From Ginglymostoma cirratum (lineage: Eukaryota): a DNA stretch of 45,619 nucleotides. This document shows, one piece after another, positions 33,501 to 43,182 of the stretch. The DNA is taken from the NCBI GenBank assembly GCA_024137785.1, contig JAHRHZ010000085.1:2529488-2575106 (forward strand), read 5' to 3'. The notes under the pieces are model-generated. The model did not search any database, was not told where the DNA came from, and saw only the letters and a program-made list of their open reading frames with translations. Both the position numbers and the translations under genes were made by a program. Each line of letters begins with the position of its first letter. The first letter of the stretch is position 1.

Positions 33501-36104
33501 GGTACAGAAGAGATTCACCAGGATGCTGTCTGGTTTGGAACATATTAGCTGTGATGTTTCTGGAGGAGCACGAACTGTTTTCTTTGGAGCAGAAAAGGTT
33601 GTGGGGAGCCCTGATTGAGGTGTATACGATTATGAAGGCATGGACAGGGTGGATTAAAAGCAACTGTTCTCTTTAGTTTAAGGGTGAATAAGAGAGGGCA
33701 TAATTTGTGCAGGGAAAAGCAAGAGGCTTTCAGCGAAATTGAGGATTGATTTTTTTTCACCAAGAGGGTGTTGAGTAAAAGGAATGCACTGCCTGGGATT
33801 GTAGTGCAGGTTGGAAAGCTTTAACAAATGTCCATGGACGAGCACGTCAAATGTCTTTCCATTCAAGTCTATGAGCAAAGTGTTGGAAAGTGTGATTAGT
33901 GTAAAGAGGTGGGATGCACCCAATGGACCAAAGGGCTTTTTCTGTGCTGTGTAACCTGATCATGTCTCTCTCGCAGACGGTAAGGACTGTAGATGCTGGA
34001 AGCTGCAATCAATAAATGTGGAGCTGGAAAAACACAGCAGGTCAGACAGCACGCGAGAAGCGGGAAAGTCATCGTTTCCGGCCGAAACCTTTCGAGCGTT
34101 TGCCCTTCCACATTTGTTGATATTCCTCCCCATTCACGTTGCCCCTTTATAACATTTCCAGTTTTTGAATTTAACACTGAACTTATCTTCGGAAATGAAT
34201 TGTAACATTGTGTATTTAATCTAAGTTATTGGACCTCTCCATGACGAATATCCATTATTGGCTGTATGCAATGTGACAATATACTGCACATGTTCGGAAT
34301 AAGCTGAAGAAAATAAACCTTTAACCAGATAATGCCAAATTTATGGATTGACACAATTAAAGGCAGTTGACTGTAGTACTCACTTTCGACTTTGTCAACC
34401 TTTTAAAACAATATCTGAAAGATTAATGTACACCGTGTCATACAATCTTACCTTCTTTTGTAACAGTGTAGCTGGCATTAACTGGAAATGTGATCGAAAC
34501 GTGATGTACTTGACACATGTAGACTGTGTCACTTTCGGGTATATTTGGCACGTCCAAGGAGCTGACCACTTCATAAAGTCCGTCACCTTTTGCCTGTTTT
34601 ACATCTCTAAATCCAGTGAAGATTTGTGCACCGTTTCTGTGCCAAGTAAGGTTATAGTCTTCTGGATAAAAGCCAGATGTCCTGCATTGCAGCTTGAAAG
34701 GAGCAGATGAAGTGTTTTCAGAACGTATTGATACAAGTTTTAGAGGAGCTGGTGAAGCTGCATAGTAAATAACAACATTTAAATGAATGTGGACATTACA
34801 CTTCTACTCCAAAACTTAAACTGTTTATTGAACTAGCCAACTCCTACTTATCCGTGTGGCAGCTGCATTGATCGTCATTATTTCCACTGGTAGGGGTTGC
34901 TATGACTATTATCATGCAGCGATCTTCTAATGCAATTGATACATCACTTTTATGTTCCGCAAAATTGGATACAACGCTGTGTCTATATTAATTAATACAA
35001 ATATGTTTGAGTTTTCATACTGTACCCTCCTTGCATTCAGCAGCTTGGCAACTGGATCACAAAAAATGAGGAGAACGGGAATTTGGCTTTTCAAAGTTGA
35101 AAATAAAATGACATTTAAAGTGCTTAATATTGCTGAAAACCTCCAGGCAATTCACTCTGTTACTCCATGCTTAAATCGTAAAAAGTGCTTCACTTGGAAG
35201 TCTTACATTAGCTTTCAATGCAACACAAATTCCAATACCATTTGCTGATAGAGTGCAATTGCTGAAATGTGTGGTGTCCCTGATGATCCTTTGTTTTTGT
35301 TTCCATATTATTGACCATGTTGTTCCAAAGAAGTGAATGATTTATATTCACTTATATTTAAGAAAATGTAATTGCTAACTCACGTTCACTGTCCATTGGA
35401 ACTAAGGCCTAACGTTTACTGTGGTACCACTAACCGTAGACAACAAGTTGCGCAGCGTGTTTGTCATCAACCGTTCTGTGCTGATTTTTGGCTACGCAGT
35501 AATATATTCCAGCATCCAGGACAGTCACATTGAAGAGATGAAGGTATGCTCTACGTTTCATGACTTTGAAGAGCTTTTTGCTGTCTTCCTTGAGAAGCAT
35601 CTTATTATCTTCCCGCCACCAGAAAACCGTTATGTTTGCAAGGTCGAGTTCGAAGGAGAAATCGCATCGCAGGATCGCTGTTGTATTTGTCAGGGCCTTT
35701 GTTTGCATAATATCCAGAGGAGCATTGTCCAAAGTGCACACAGCAACTGTTAACAAAAGAAATATACCCTGATTAATTCGGGAAGTTGGACTGCACCATG
35801 AAATAACATAATTAATCCAATACATTCAAACAGGAGCAATTTAGCATGTCTTGCTTTTTAAATTCTGCTCCACTATCTGAATTTATGCCCGAACTGTACT
35901 GTTTTCACTTATCAAGAGGATTCGTAGGACAAGCAAAACTGATGTGAAAGACATGCGTTAAAAGTCTCCGATTATCCGTCAAATGTCAGTTCAATTGTTC
36001 TTCTGTCTTGATAAAGAACATTTCAAACACTGCCAGAAGAAACCTGTACCTGGATATGAAAGATACAACAAACATAAGTTCCACAGTGATCCGCTCACAA
36101 ACAT
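21377..36104 (-). CDS. Gene B: complete SIRP-alpha-like inhibitory Ig receptor (leader-V-C1-TM-four-Tyr tail), 7 exons, 356 aa: join(36104-36050, 35746-35435, 34757-34452, 26023-25910, 25471-25428, 21755-21645, 21505-21377)
   Basis: All introns are GT-AG with compatible phases (1,1,1,1,0,0); exon lengths sum to 1071 nt with no internal stop; Ig and ITIM motifs are recognisable. Confidence 0.88.
21645..21755 (-). CDS. Gene B exon 6: cytoplasmic ITIM exon
   Basis: ttttccag|...|gtatct; RKQESTEDRLTYADLELVHSKDARNPQPQDERTVYAE. Confidence 0.9.
22950..23480 (+). mobile_element. Decayed CR1 endonuclease-region fragment
   Basis: Remnants ESSVVELRN..., FLSVLGDSFLEQYVEE. Confidence 0.5.
23568..25320 (-). 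mobile_element. Degenerate Penelope-like element (RT plus GIY-YIG plus tail)
   Basis: MDVQSLFTSIP, RYIDDSI, NLVYCIWCT.CGLLYIG.TKHRPGDRF; tail has agtc-ctgcaga-a-gggtaataccc-gaagcgtt-gact (mutated hammerhead, ~23623-23658). Confidence 0.88.
25428..25471 (-). CDS. Gene B exon 5: first cytoplasmic exon
   Basis: caccag|...GAG|gtaagg, 44 nt; (G)SKEKVRNPTQHKVE. Confidence 0.87.
25910..26023 (-). CDS. Gene B exon 4: transmembrane exon
   Basis: aatag|...AAAG|gtacga, 114 nt; (D)IASKSIVPLVAGSAIGALVILLCAVMIVKCLLLRITK; uncharged TM core. Confidence 0.9.
26580..27092 (+). mobile_element. CR1 LINE 3' end
   Basis: WSPCYRKSVVKRERVLRRFTTMLPGL...LFSLEHRRLRG...FFTQKVVHVWNELP. Confidence 0.85.
27360..27608 (+). 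mobile_element. CR1 fragment upstream of the ERV
   Basis: QEDLGTFLHRSL...TLVSSQWEYCVQF*SP; stops at the LTR start. Confidence 0.75.
27609..28196 (+). repeat. 5' LTR
   Basis: Starts with TG, AATAAA at ~28130, followed by tgg; aligns along its length with 32819-33455 (shared tgcagtgaaaa.ggaccac/t, ggggactttgc, cattggactttcac, ccaaagt.cc). Confidence 0.75.
28238..28362 (-). repeat. Penelope-tail short repeat
   Basis: Reverse complement of the element at 1-71; ends in a truncated hammerhead gaagggtctaggcccgaaacgtc. Confidence 0.75.
28537..28817 (-). mobile_element. Penelope-like 3' tail (another subfamily) with hammerhead motif
   Basis: Same layout as 12835-13140, with diverged sequence. Confidence 0.7.
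28601..28640 (-). ncRNA. Minimal hammerhead ribozyme motif
   Basis: agcu-CUGAUGA-au-GGUC-gucuu-GACC-c-GAAAC-GUU-cgcu: canonical CUGAUGA/GAAAC core and palindromic stem III. Confidence 0.65.
28818..29964 (+). mobile_element. 5'-truncated Penelope-like element (family 1): GIY-YIG endonuclease region flanked by inverted tail copies
   Basis: CNRRRCNTC...NLV*CIRCSHCGLLYIGETKHRLGDRF...EQHLIFRLGT; 28823-28899 is the imperfect reverse complement of 29888-29964. Confidence 0.92.
29864..29901 (+). ncRNA. Minimal type I hammerhead ribozyme motif
   Basis: AGUU-CUGAGGA-a-GGGUC-acug-GACCC-GAAA-uguu-AACU; stems I and II pair perfectly. Confidence 0.7.
32819..33455 (+). repeat. 3' LTR
   Basis: Diverged direct repeat of 27609-28196; AATAAA at ~33381. 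Confidence 0.75.
33456..33965 (+). mobile_element. CR1 3' part downstream of the ERV
   Basis: KDLIALGRVQKRFTRML...LFSLEQKRLWGALIEVY...; picks up roughly where the 27360-27608 fragment stops. Confidence 0.8.
33983..34095 (-). repeat. Penelope-tail short repeat
   Basis: actgtagatgctgga...acacagcaggtcagacagc...catcgtttccggccgaaaccttt, the same family as 28238-28362. Confidence 0.65.
34452..34757 (-). CDS. Gene B exon 3: Ig C1-set domain
   Basis: tgcag|...GAAG|gtaaga, 306 nt; (A)SPAPLKLVSIRSENTSSAPFKLQCRTSGFYPEDYNLTWHRNG...DGLYEVVSSL...TVYMCQVHHVS...; GFYP and YxCxVxH are C1 signatures. Confidence 0.93.
35435..35746 (-). CDS. Gene B exon 2: Ig V-type domain
   Basis: ttaacag|...TACG|gttagt, 312 nt; TAILRCDF...VFWWR...YLHLFNVTVLDAGIYYC. 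Confidence 0.93.
36050..36104 (-). CDS. Gene B exon 1: signal peptide
   Basis: ATG...CCAG|gtacag, 55 nt, phase 1; MFVSGSLWNLCLLYLSYP. Confidence 0.78.
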
Positions 36105-36557
36105 CGCGACGAAGAAAATCTAGCAGATCATACATTGAATATAAAAAGAGAACTGATGAAAGATTGTTGGAACATCAGTTATGCATCGATTTTAATCACT
36201 TGCGTCTACACGACGTCAATAAGAAAGTGACTAATTCCTTGCCGAGTGCACAACATGCATGTGTTTTCATGTAAGATCTTGTTGTGGTAACAGTGAGCGG
36301 AAATGATAACACGTACAGACAATAGCAGTTATAGAAAAATCTAACCCGAGTTGGTGAAACTACTGTCAGAGTCCGTCTCCACTCACATGACCCACCAGAC
36401 TTGGGTGCAATATCGGCCGGACCAATACAAAACTTCATCCTTTAATTTTTTACCCGCGTCCACGTAACGATAATATCCTTTCTTTGAGAACATTTTTCTC
36501 CGAATTTCAATTCAGCCGCAGGATACAACTCAGGCCCTTTCAAAGAAAACACATGTT

Positions 36558-36835
36558 TCGGTGGCACGGAAACTCAATGGTTGGCACTGCTGCCTCCCAG
36601 TGCCAGGGATCCGTGTTCGAGATGGTGACTGTCTGTGTGGGTTTTTGCCATTTCCTCCCGCAGCCCAAAGATGTGCAGGTTCGGTGGGTTGGTCATTGTC
36701 CGCAGTGTCCAGGGATATGCAGGTAAATGTGGGTTAGCGGTGGGAATGCGGAGTGCAGATGTGGTGGGGTAACGGGGATAGGGTGCGATGCTCTTCAGAG
36801 GGTCGATACACTACACGATAGGGATTCTATGATTC
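36558..36835 (+). mobile_element. HE1-type SINE
   Basis: ggcacgg...ggttggcactgctgcctcccagtgccagggatcc...cccaaagatgtgcaggtt...gggattctatg. Confidence 0.8.
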
Positions 36836-37020
36836 AAAGCCATTTGTAATTTAATTAGAGTTTGAAAGATACCAGGACTTGGTAAGTAACTGATGTAAAT
36901 CATTCATTCAACTGAATGAGTATTTGCCCTGGCTCTTCTACCAATGACTTAATTGTGTAAAAACGCAATATTCTTATTTCTTGCGCTGGAGGTACCGGTG
37001 ATGGATTCAGGTGGACAAAG

Positions 37021-37173
37021 TCAGAAGTCGCAAGACATCAGGTTATAGTCCAACAGTTGTATTTGACAAGCTTTCAGAGCGTTGAACTTCACCCGACGAA
37101 GCAGCAGCGATTCGAAAGCTTTTGATTTCAAATAAACCTGTTGGACGATGACCTGGTGTCGTCTGACTTCTGA
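37021..37173. repeat. ~150 bp palindromic mini-element with a hammerhead-like centre
   Basis: tcagaagtcgcaagacatcaggttatagtccaacag pairs with ctgttggacgatgacctggtgtcgtctgacttctga; centre ccgacgaagcagcagcgattcgaaagct. Confidence 0.8.
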
Positions 37174-38732
37174 CATTTCTTGTAGGTTGCCGTTTGTCTC
37201 ATTAAATGAAGTTGCTGGCACGCTGCTTGTTGAGTGATGTGGATTTGCATAATTTTGTTGATGTTTTTAGCAGCCGTGGTACAAAGTTTCCACTTTCCCT
37301 GGCGGAGACACCCGCTGAGGTTCACAAGAACGCTGCACTGAACATTTAGCTCAACCATCGGATCCAAGGCATGACCATGGTGATGGAACGCATGTAAAGT
37401 TGTAGATCAGTGATTGCTTCAGTCTGCTCCTGCTCTTCAGTTACGAAGCGCATTTAGACGTAAATTTGAGATGAGTTCAATTAACATGTCCAGGGCAAAT
37501 ACATAATAGTGAATAACATTTTGTTTATTCACTGCTTTGGGGAATCCCCGACAATTAATCTCAGAGACAGTGTTTCTTTCTTGAAGCTTTAAGACAATGA
37601 ATGTCTTGTCTGTCAGTTTCACTGCCTTATCCTGATGCCGTCCTTCTCAGTTCTGTGGGAGCTGTAGCCATTCAGGCAAGTAGCGAGATTTCAGCAAACT
37701 CCTGAATTCTACTGTTTCCAGAGAAGTAATGCACTTCCAAGCAACGATATGGATCAACAAAGAGCGACCCACTGCCCTGTTTCTAAAACCCTCCTGCATT
37801 CCAACTGCTCACTCGGTTTATCTGCGCCATGTTGCCGACAGCGGATTAAGAAGGCAGCCCGAGACGGCTTTCTCAGCGGCATTTAGGTGTTTCCAATAAA
37901 TACTGGCCCAGCCAACAATGTCCTCATTCCGCTAAAGCATTGCAGTAAAAGTTGTGTTGTCGGCTTCATTTCAAGAGCCAACCCTATTCTGATGTCTGGA
38001 AAGAACATAAAAATCCTAACAGAGAATTAAAAAAGAAATAATAAGATTCACGGGCTATTCATGCGTTGGTTTGCTCGTAACATTGTTAATTAAGATTTCC
38101 ATTTTTCTGCTTACGCATGAGCGTAGAAGCTGTGAAGTTAATTGGGTGGAATGAGCTCGTGCTGTATTTTGGGATAAGAATCAAAGAGCTGCGGACACCG
38201 GGGATCTGAAACAAAAACAGACATTGCGAGAGAAACTTAACAGTTTTGAGCTAATACTCTGGTGATCGGATCAGATACTTTTTGTTTGTAGAGCAAAGAG
38301 CGCCAGCTCTCGTGATGTTTATCATTACGCAACATAAATAACAGAATGCTAAAACCGATCAAACCAGACAGTGTTTAATAAATGTGTTTAGAATTCTTTT
38401 AAAAGAAATATGAAACCTGCAGTCGAGGGAAGTTGTATTTCGTGACCTGAGGTGAACCCTAGAACGTTTCCACTTGCGTGTCCGCTCGGCTGAGTGGGAC
38501 GTATTGCACAATAAACCGAAATGTCACTGGCTCATAGGCTGCTCTCTGAGTCAGGAGAACGAACATGTCCATTCAGTGCTTCTGCTAATGCGCTGAGCAT
38601 AAAAAGAGAAAGAAACAACTGCGTTTGTGCTTCGAAGTGACTTCACTTTTATGTGAGAATATGAGATGAATGTGTTTAATTGACAGAGACCCTTTCAATC
38701 GCCATTTCAAAGCAGCAGCTATCTTTAAAATA

Positions 38733-38876
38733 TCATAGATAGTAGGAACTGCCGATGCTGGAGTCTGAGATAACAGAGTGTGGATCTGGAGGAACACGGC
38801 AGGCCAGGCAGAATCAGAACAGCAGGGTCCCGACTCGAACGTCAGCTTTCCTGCCCCTCTGATGCTGCCTGGCCTT
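38733..38876. repeat. Penelope-tail short repeat, partial fold-back
   Basis: gatagtaggaactgccgatgctggag...ggccaggcagaatcaga, then gtcagctttcctgcccctctgatgctgcctggcc. Confidence 0.75.
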
Positions 38877-39254
38877 CAAAATATTATCCTGTGTTTCTCA
38901 CTACAGGCTCTCATGTTGAATAATAATGGGAGTATCCAGCGCAAGGCTTTCTGAATAAGTCGACCTCAAAATTCTAGGAATTATAGCATGTTAGGAGCAT
39001 ACGTCAACTTTGTTTATTCTTTCACGGATAATCTATCGCCGAACGTTAATAAATCGTGTTTTTCGACAAGACATCAGCTTAGAATCGCTGTAGTGCAGAA
39101 AGAGCCCATTTGGCCCATCGACGGTACACCGGCATGGAGATCAACTTCCCACCCAATGGCCAAAGTGAATATCCATTAAATGTATGATTTACTTCAATTA
39201 TTTAATAAGCCCTGGTGTTGTCCAGACACTAAATAAATTGTTCCTGTCATTAAA

Positions 39255-39542
39255 TCATATAATCCTTACAGTGCGGTGGGAGGCCCTTTCGCCCATCGAG
39301 TCTACACAGATGCTGCAAAGAGCGTCCCACCCAGTCCCCGTAACCCCACATTTGCCATGGCTCACCCACCTCTCCTACAGACACCAGGCCAATCCACCTA
39401 ACCTGCACATCTTTGGGCTGTGGCAGGAAACTCACACAGACATGGGGAGAACGTGCAAACTCCACACAGACAGTCGCGCGAAGCTGGAATCGAACCCCAG
39501 TCGCAGGCGTTATGAGGCTGATGACTGTGCCACCATGCCACA
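39255..39542 (-). mobile_element. HE1-type SINE
   Basis: Reverse complement: ggcatggtggcacagt...ggggttcgattccagc...gactgtctgtgtggagtttgcacgttctcccc. Confidence 0.85.
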
Positions 39543-39587
39543 CAATTGGAACCTCGTGATGACATCGATAAATAAACTGATAGAATT

Positions 39588-39665
39588 ATTTGAGACAACA
39601 AGGTGAAGAGCTGAATGAACACAGCAGGCCAAGCAGCATCAGAGGAGCAGGAAATCTGACTTTTC
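39588..39665 (-). repeat. Penelope-tail short repeat fragment
   Basis: gaacacagcaggccaagcagcatcagaggagcaggaa. Confidence 0.7.
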
Positions 39666-40239
39666 CGATTGAGGTTGGAAATGAAGTAGTCCAACAACGT
39701 AGAGTTAGAATCCTAAAGCTAAACAAAGGAAAACACAGAATTGTGAAGGATGATTTGATTACCATTGGTGTGTCACTTCATGAAAAGGCATGACAGTGGC
39801 TAAGCATTGGTGAATATGTAAGGAATGAATGCAGGCTGTGCAACACCACATCTATATCTGGTGCAACATATACATCAGGAAGGTTGCAGCAACAATGGTG
39901 GGCAATATAAATGTTCATTAATGGACAAGTGAGTCTTGAACCCAGGCTTCCTCAATCAAACGTACTGCACTATTGTCATTGGCCAGAACCATGCTCAGAC
40001 CAGTGCTCCTGTGGCTAGCATAACTAGGTAAATAGAGAAGGTTTTAAACTGAATAGTGGGGGCAAAGGATCACATGTGGAAAGATGTTGTCTATCAGAAG
40101 CAAATGCAAGTGAAGAAGGGAAAAGAAGGCTAAGGGAAATGAGGGACAGAGAAAGGCACAACGGGCAACAAGAGACAGTGAAAAGGAATATATTACCAAT
40201 CAAGATGATGTACTCCAAAATTAACAAAAAGGAAGAAAC

Positions 40240-40572
40240 TAAAGCATTGTGGAAGCAATTTGGCCCATTGAATCCACAGCAACCCCTGAAGAGCATCCCA
40301 CACCAGACCCACACCCCGAACTCTATCTCTGTAACCCTGTATATCCTATGGCTAATACACCTGTCCTGAGCATTCCCAGACAACATGGAAAAGTTTGCAT
40401 GGCCAATGCACGTAACCTGCCCATCTTTGGACAGTAGGAGTAAACCGGCACACCCGGAGGAAACACACGCAGACACAGGTGGAATGTGCAAAATCCACCC
40501 AGACAGTCACCTGAGGTTGGAATCGAAACCGGGTCCTGGCACTGTGCTAATCACTGAGCCATTGTCTCACCT
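40240..40572 (-). mobile_element. HE1-type SINE
   Basis: Same core as 5140-5398 and 39255-39542. Confidence 0.8.
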
Positions 40573-40599
40573 CCCACTACCACAGCAAAACTGAAGGAC

Positions 40600-41130
40600 C
40601 CATGATAACTTTCCAAATCAGATGGAGGGCAATATACAGGTATTTGTGTTCCCATGTATCTGCTGTCCTGTTATTTTAGACAGAAGTGGGTATGGATTTG
40701 GAAGGTGATCTTCAAAGATTCATGGATTTGTCAGCACAAACCTGGACATTGTTCAGGTTTTACCACATTTGCACTTTGACTCTTCCAGTAACTGAGGCCA
40801 TGTCAATGCTGCTGATCATTGTGCAATTATCAGTGAATGTCCCTAACACCGATGTAATAGTGGAGGGAAGGTCTTTGATGAAGGACGTGAAGATATTTGG
40901 GCCAAGGAATCTAACCCAAGGGCCACCATCAGAGATATCCCAGATATGAGATGACTGAAATCCAACAATCTGGCCCATCTTCCTGCATGCTAATTATGAT
41001 TCCAACCATGGGGATTTCCCTCAATTCCCATTCACTCCAGTTTTGTATGGGATCCTTGATGCCAAACCCAGTCAAATGCAGCCTTGCTGTCAAGACCTGT
41101 CACTCTTCCCTCATCTTCAGTTGATTTCTT
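40600..41130 (-). mobile_element. CR1/L2-clade RT fragment
   Basis: LDSKAAFDWVWHQG; FLGPNIFTSFIKDLPS...FTDNCT. Confidence 0.7.
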
Positions 41131-41137
41131 TTCCCAT

Positions 41138-41660
41138 CGAGTCATGGAGCACGGAAACAAACCGCTCGGTCCAACATTTCCATTCCGATCAAGTTTTCCA
41201 AACCAAACTGGTCTCATTTGCCTGCACCCGGTCCATATTCCATAAAACCATTCCTATTCATGTATCTGTCCAAATTTCCATTAAATTGTGGAACTTAACC
41301 TGCATCTATCACTTCGTCTGGCATTTTATTCCATAATGAACCACACTCTGTGTGAAAAATGATGCCTCTCAGGTCCCTTTAAAATCTTTCTGCTCTCACC
41401 TTAAAATATGATTCCAAGTTTTGAATTCCCCTGATCAAGGGAAAAGTCCTTTGCTATTCACCTCAACGAAAGATGATTTCATAATCATCTATAACATCAC
41501 CCCCAAAAGTCCCAGCCTATCCAGTCTCTCCTCATAACTCAACTGCTCCAGTCCCAATAACATCCTTTTAAATCTGTTCTGCACCCTCTCCAATTTAATA
41601 ATATTCTTGCTGAATTGTGCACAGTAATCCAAAAGTGGCCTCACCAAAGTCCTGTACAAA
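41138..41660 (-). mobile_element. CR1 LINE 3' end
   Basis: LYRTLVRPLLDYCAQF...KLERVQNRFKRMLLGLEQLSYEERLDRLGL. Confidence 0.85.
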
Positions 41661-41937
41661 ATGATCCAAGTCATTAATGAAGTCAATAGCTAAGTGGAAA
41701 TTGAACTGAGTATCATTGAGTTCGTTATAGAAGGACCAGTCTAAGAGCTGTGGAAGTCAGCCAACTTTTTACAGATGCATAAGATGATCTTGATAGGGAA
41801 GTAATGGGGTGGGTTGGATTTATCCTGTGATCTTTCCTCAGGGGAAATAAAAATCCTCATCTCTGTCCAAAAATGCAACCACTAATTTGAAAACAGCATC
41901 CTCTGCATCTGGACTCACCCTCCCTCATGGCAGGTAT

Positions 41938-42090
41938 AAAACACAGAGAACGCTGGAGAGAGAAACAAATAGAATGTTTGAATCTGGTATGACTTCTTCA
42001 GTCATATCAGACTTGAAATGTTAACTCTGTTTTTCTATCCACAGAACTGCCAGACCTGCTGAGTTTCTCTTGCAATTTCTGTTTTCACTT
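41938..42090. repeat. Fold-back Penelope-tail mini-element
   Basis: Right half (gaaatgttaactctgttttt...ccagacctgctgagtttc) matches 29890-29960; left half is a deleted inverted copy; centre tctggtatgac-ttcttca-gtcatatcaga is itself a hairpin. Confidence 0.7.
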
Positions 42091-43089
42091 GTTTCAATTT
42101 TCGACATTGTCTGGTAGAATCGAGTAACGCTGCTGTGCTTGAACAGCTTGTCAAGGGACCCCGACATATCTGGAGTATATGTCTTCAGTACGATTGCGGG
42201 ACTGTTGTGAGGGCCAATAACTTTTGCATCATTTAGTCATATCATGTAGAGTGAATTGAATTAGCTGATGACACGCATTAGTGATGCTTTAGACATTTTG
42301 AAGAGGTCAGTAAGCCCATCCACTCAGCACTTCTGGCTGAAGTTTGTCGGAAATGATTCAGCGTCATCTTTCGCAAAAAATGTGTTGGATTCCCATATCA
42401 TTAAGAGTGAGAATATTTGTGGAGCCACCTACTCCAGTAAGTTGTTTCATTGTTTAACATCTCTCACAACTGGATGTGGCAGTACGTAAAATTACATACC
42501 TGGCCTGGTCACTGTGAAATTGACTAACCAATTCTATCACTTGTTGCATTTACCATTTGACATGCATGATGCCCTAGCTGCCACAGACCAATCGGTATGT
42601 AGTTTGGAGATCTAAGTGGTGACTTTTGGAGAATTTCACAACAAGTAGTTGAAAGGCATCATAGTGATGGCTGCAAGTTTCACTTTGTAATGTCAAAGGA
42701 ACATTGCTCGACATCGCTGTCTGTGCCTCACCTGAGTTTCTCTAAAATAGACATAACTATGGTTATACAATCACATTAAAGAATCAATCAGCTCATAACC
42801 AAGTTTGTTTTTTTCTCATCTTCACTGCCACTTTGGCTGATTCTCCAAATTGTTTAAAAATACTTCTCTTTGCCTTTGTACAACCATGCAAGAATTGAAG
42901 TTTATGAATCAATCTAACTGCTCACAATGGATAGGTTACCAACAGTGCTGTAAGTAAAATAGAAGACCACCTTAAAGTCCATTTTGGACCCAGTCTGATA
43001 TGTTGATGTCCAAGTCTCTCTTCGATACATTGAATCCTAACTCACACTTTGTCTCTTTGTGCTGCATCTGAAGAGATATGACTTCACCG

Positions 43090-43182
43090 AAGAGAACAAG
43101 GTACAGAGCTGGATGAACCTGCCAAGCAGCATCAGAGGAGTAGGAAAGCTAACGTTTCAGGTCTGGACCGTTCTTCAGAAAA
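43090..43182 (-). repeat. Penelope-tail short repeat with hammerhead core
   Basis: Minus strand CUGAAGA-ac-GGUccagACC-u-GAAAC-GUU at 43147-43178. Confidence 0.7.

Noticed and set aside
26024-34451. Second C1 exon as in mammalian SIRPs
   Set aside because: No GFYP or YxCxVxH exon found on the minus strand; the intron is mostly repeats.
36082-36105. RSS-like CACAGTG...ACAAACATC near the V exon
   Set aside because: Spacer is 8 nt rather than 12 or 23 and it lies in the leader exon; no RSS follows the V exon, so there is no sign of rearrangement.
39480-39542. tRNA gene
   Set aside because: The A/B-box-like sequence is the head of a SINE, not a full cloverleaf.
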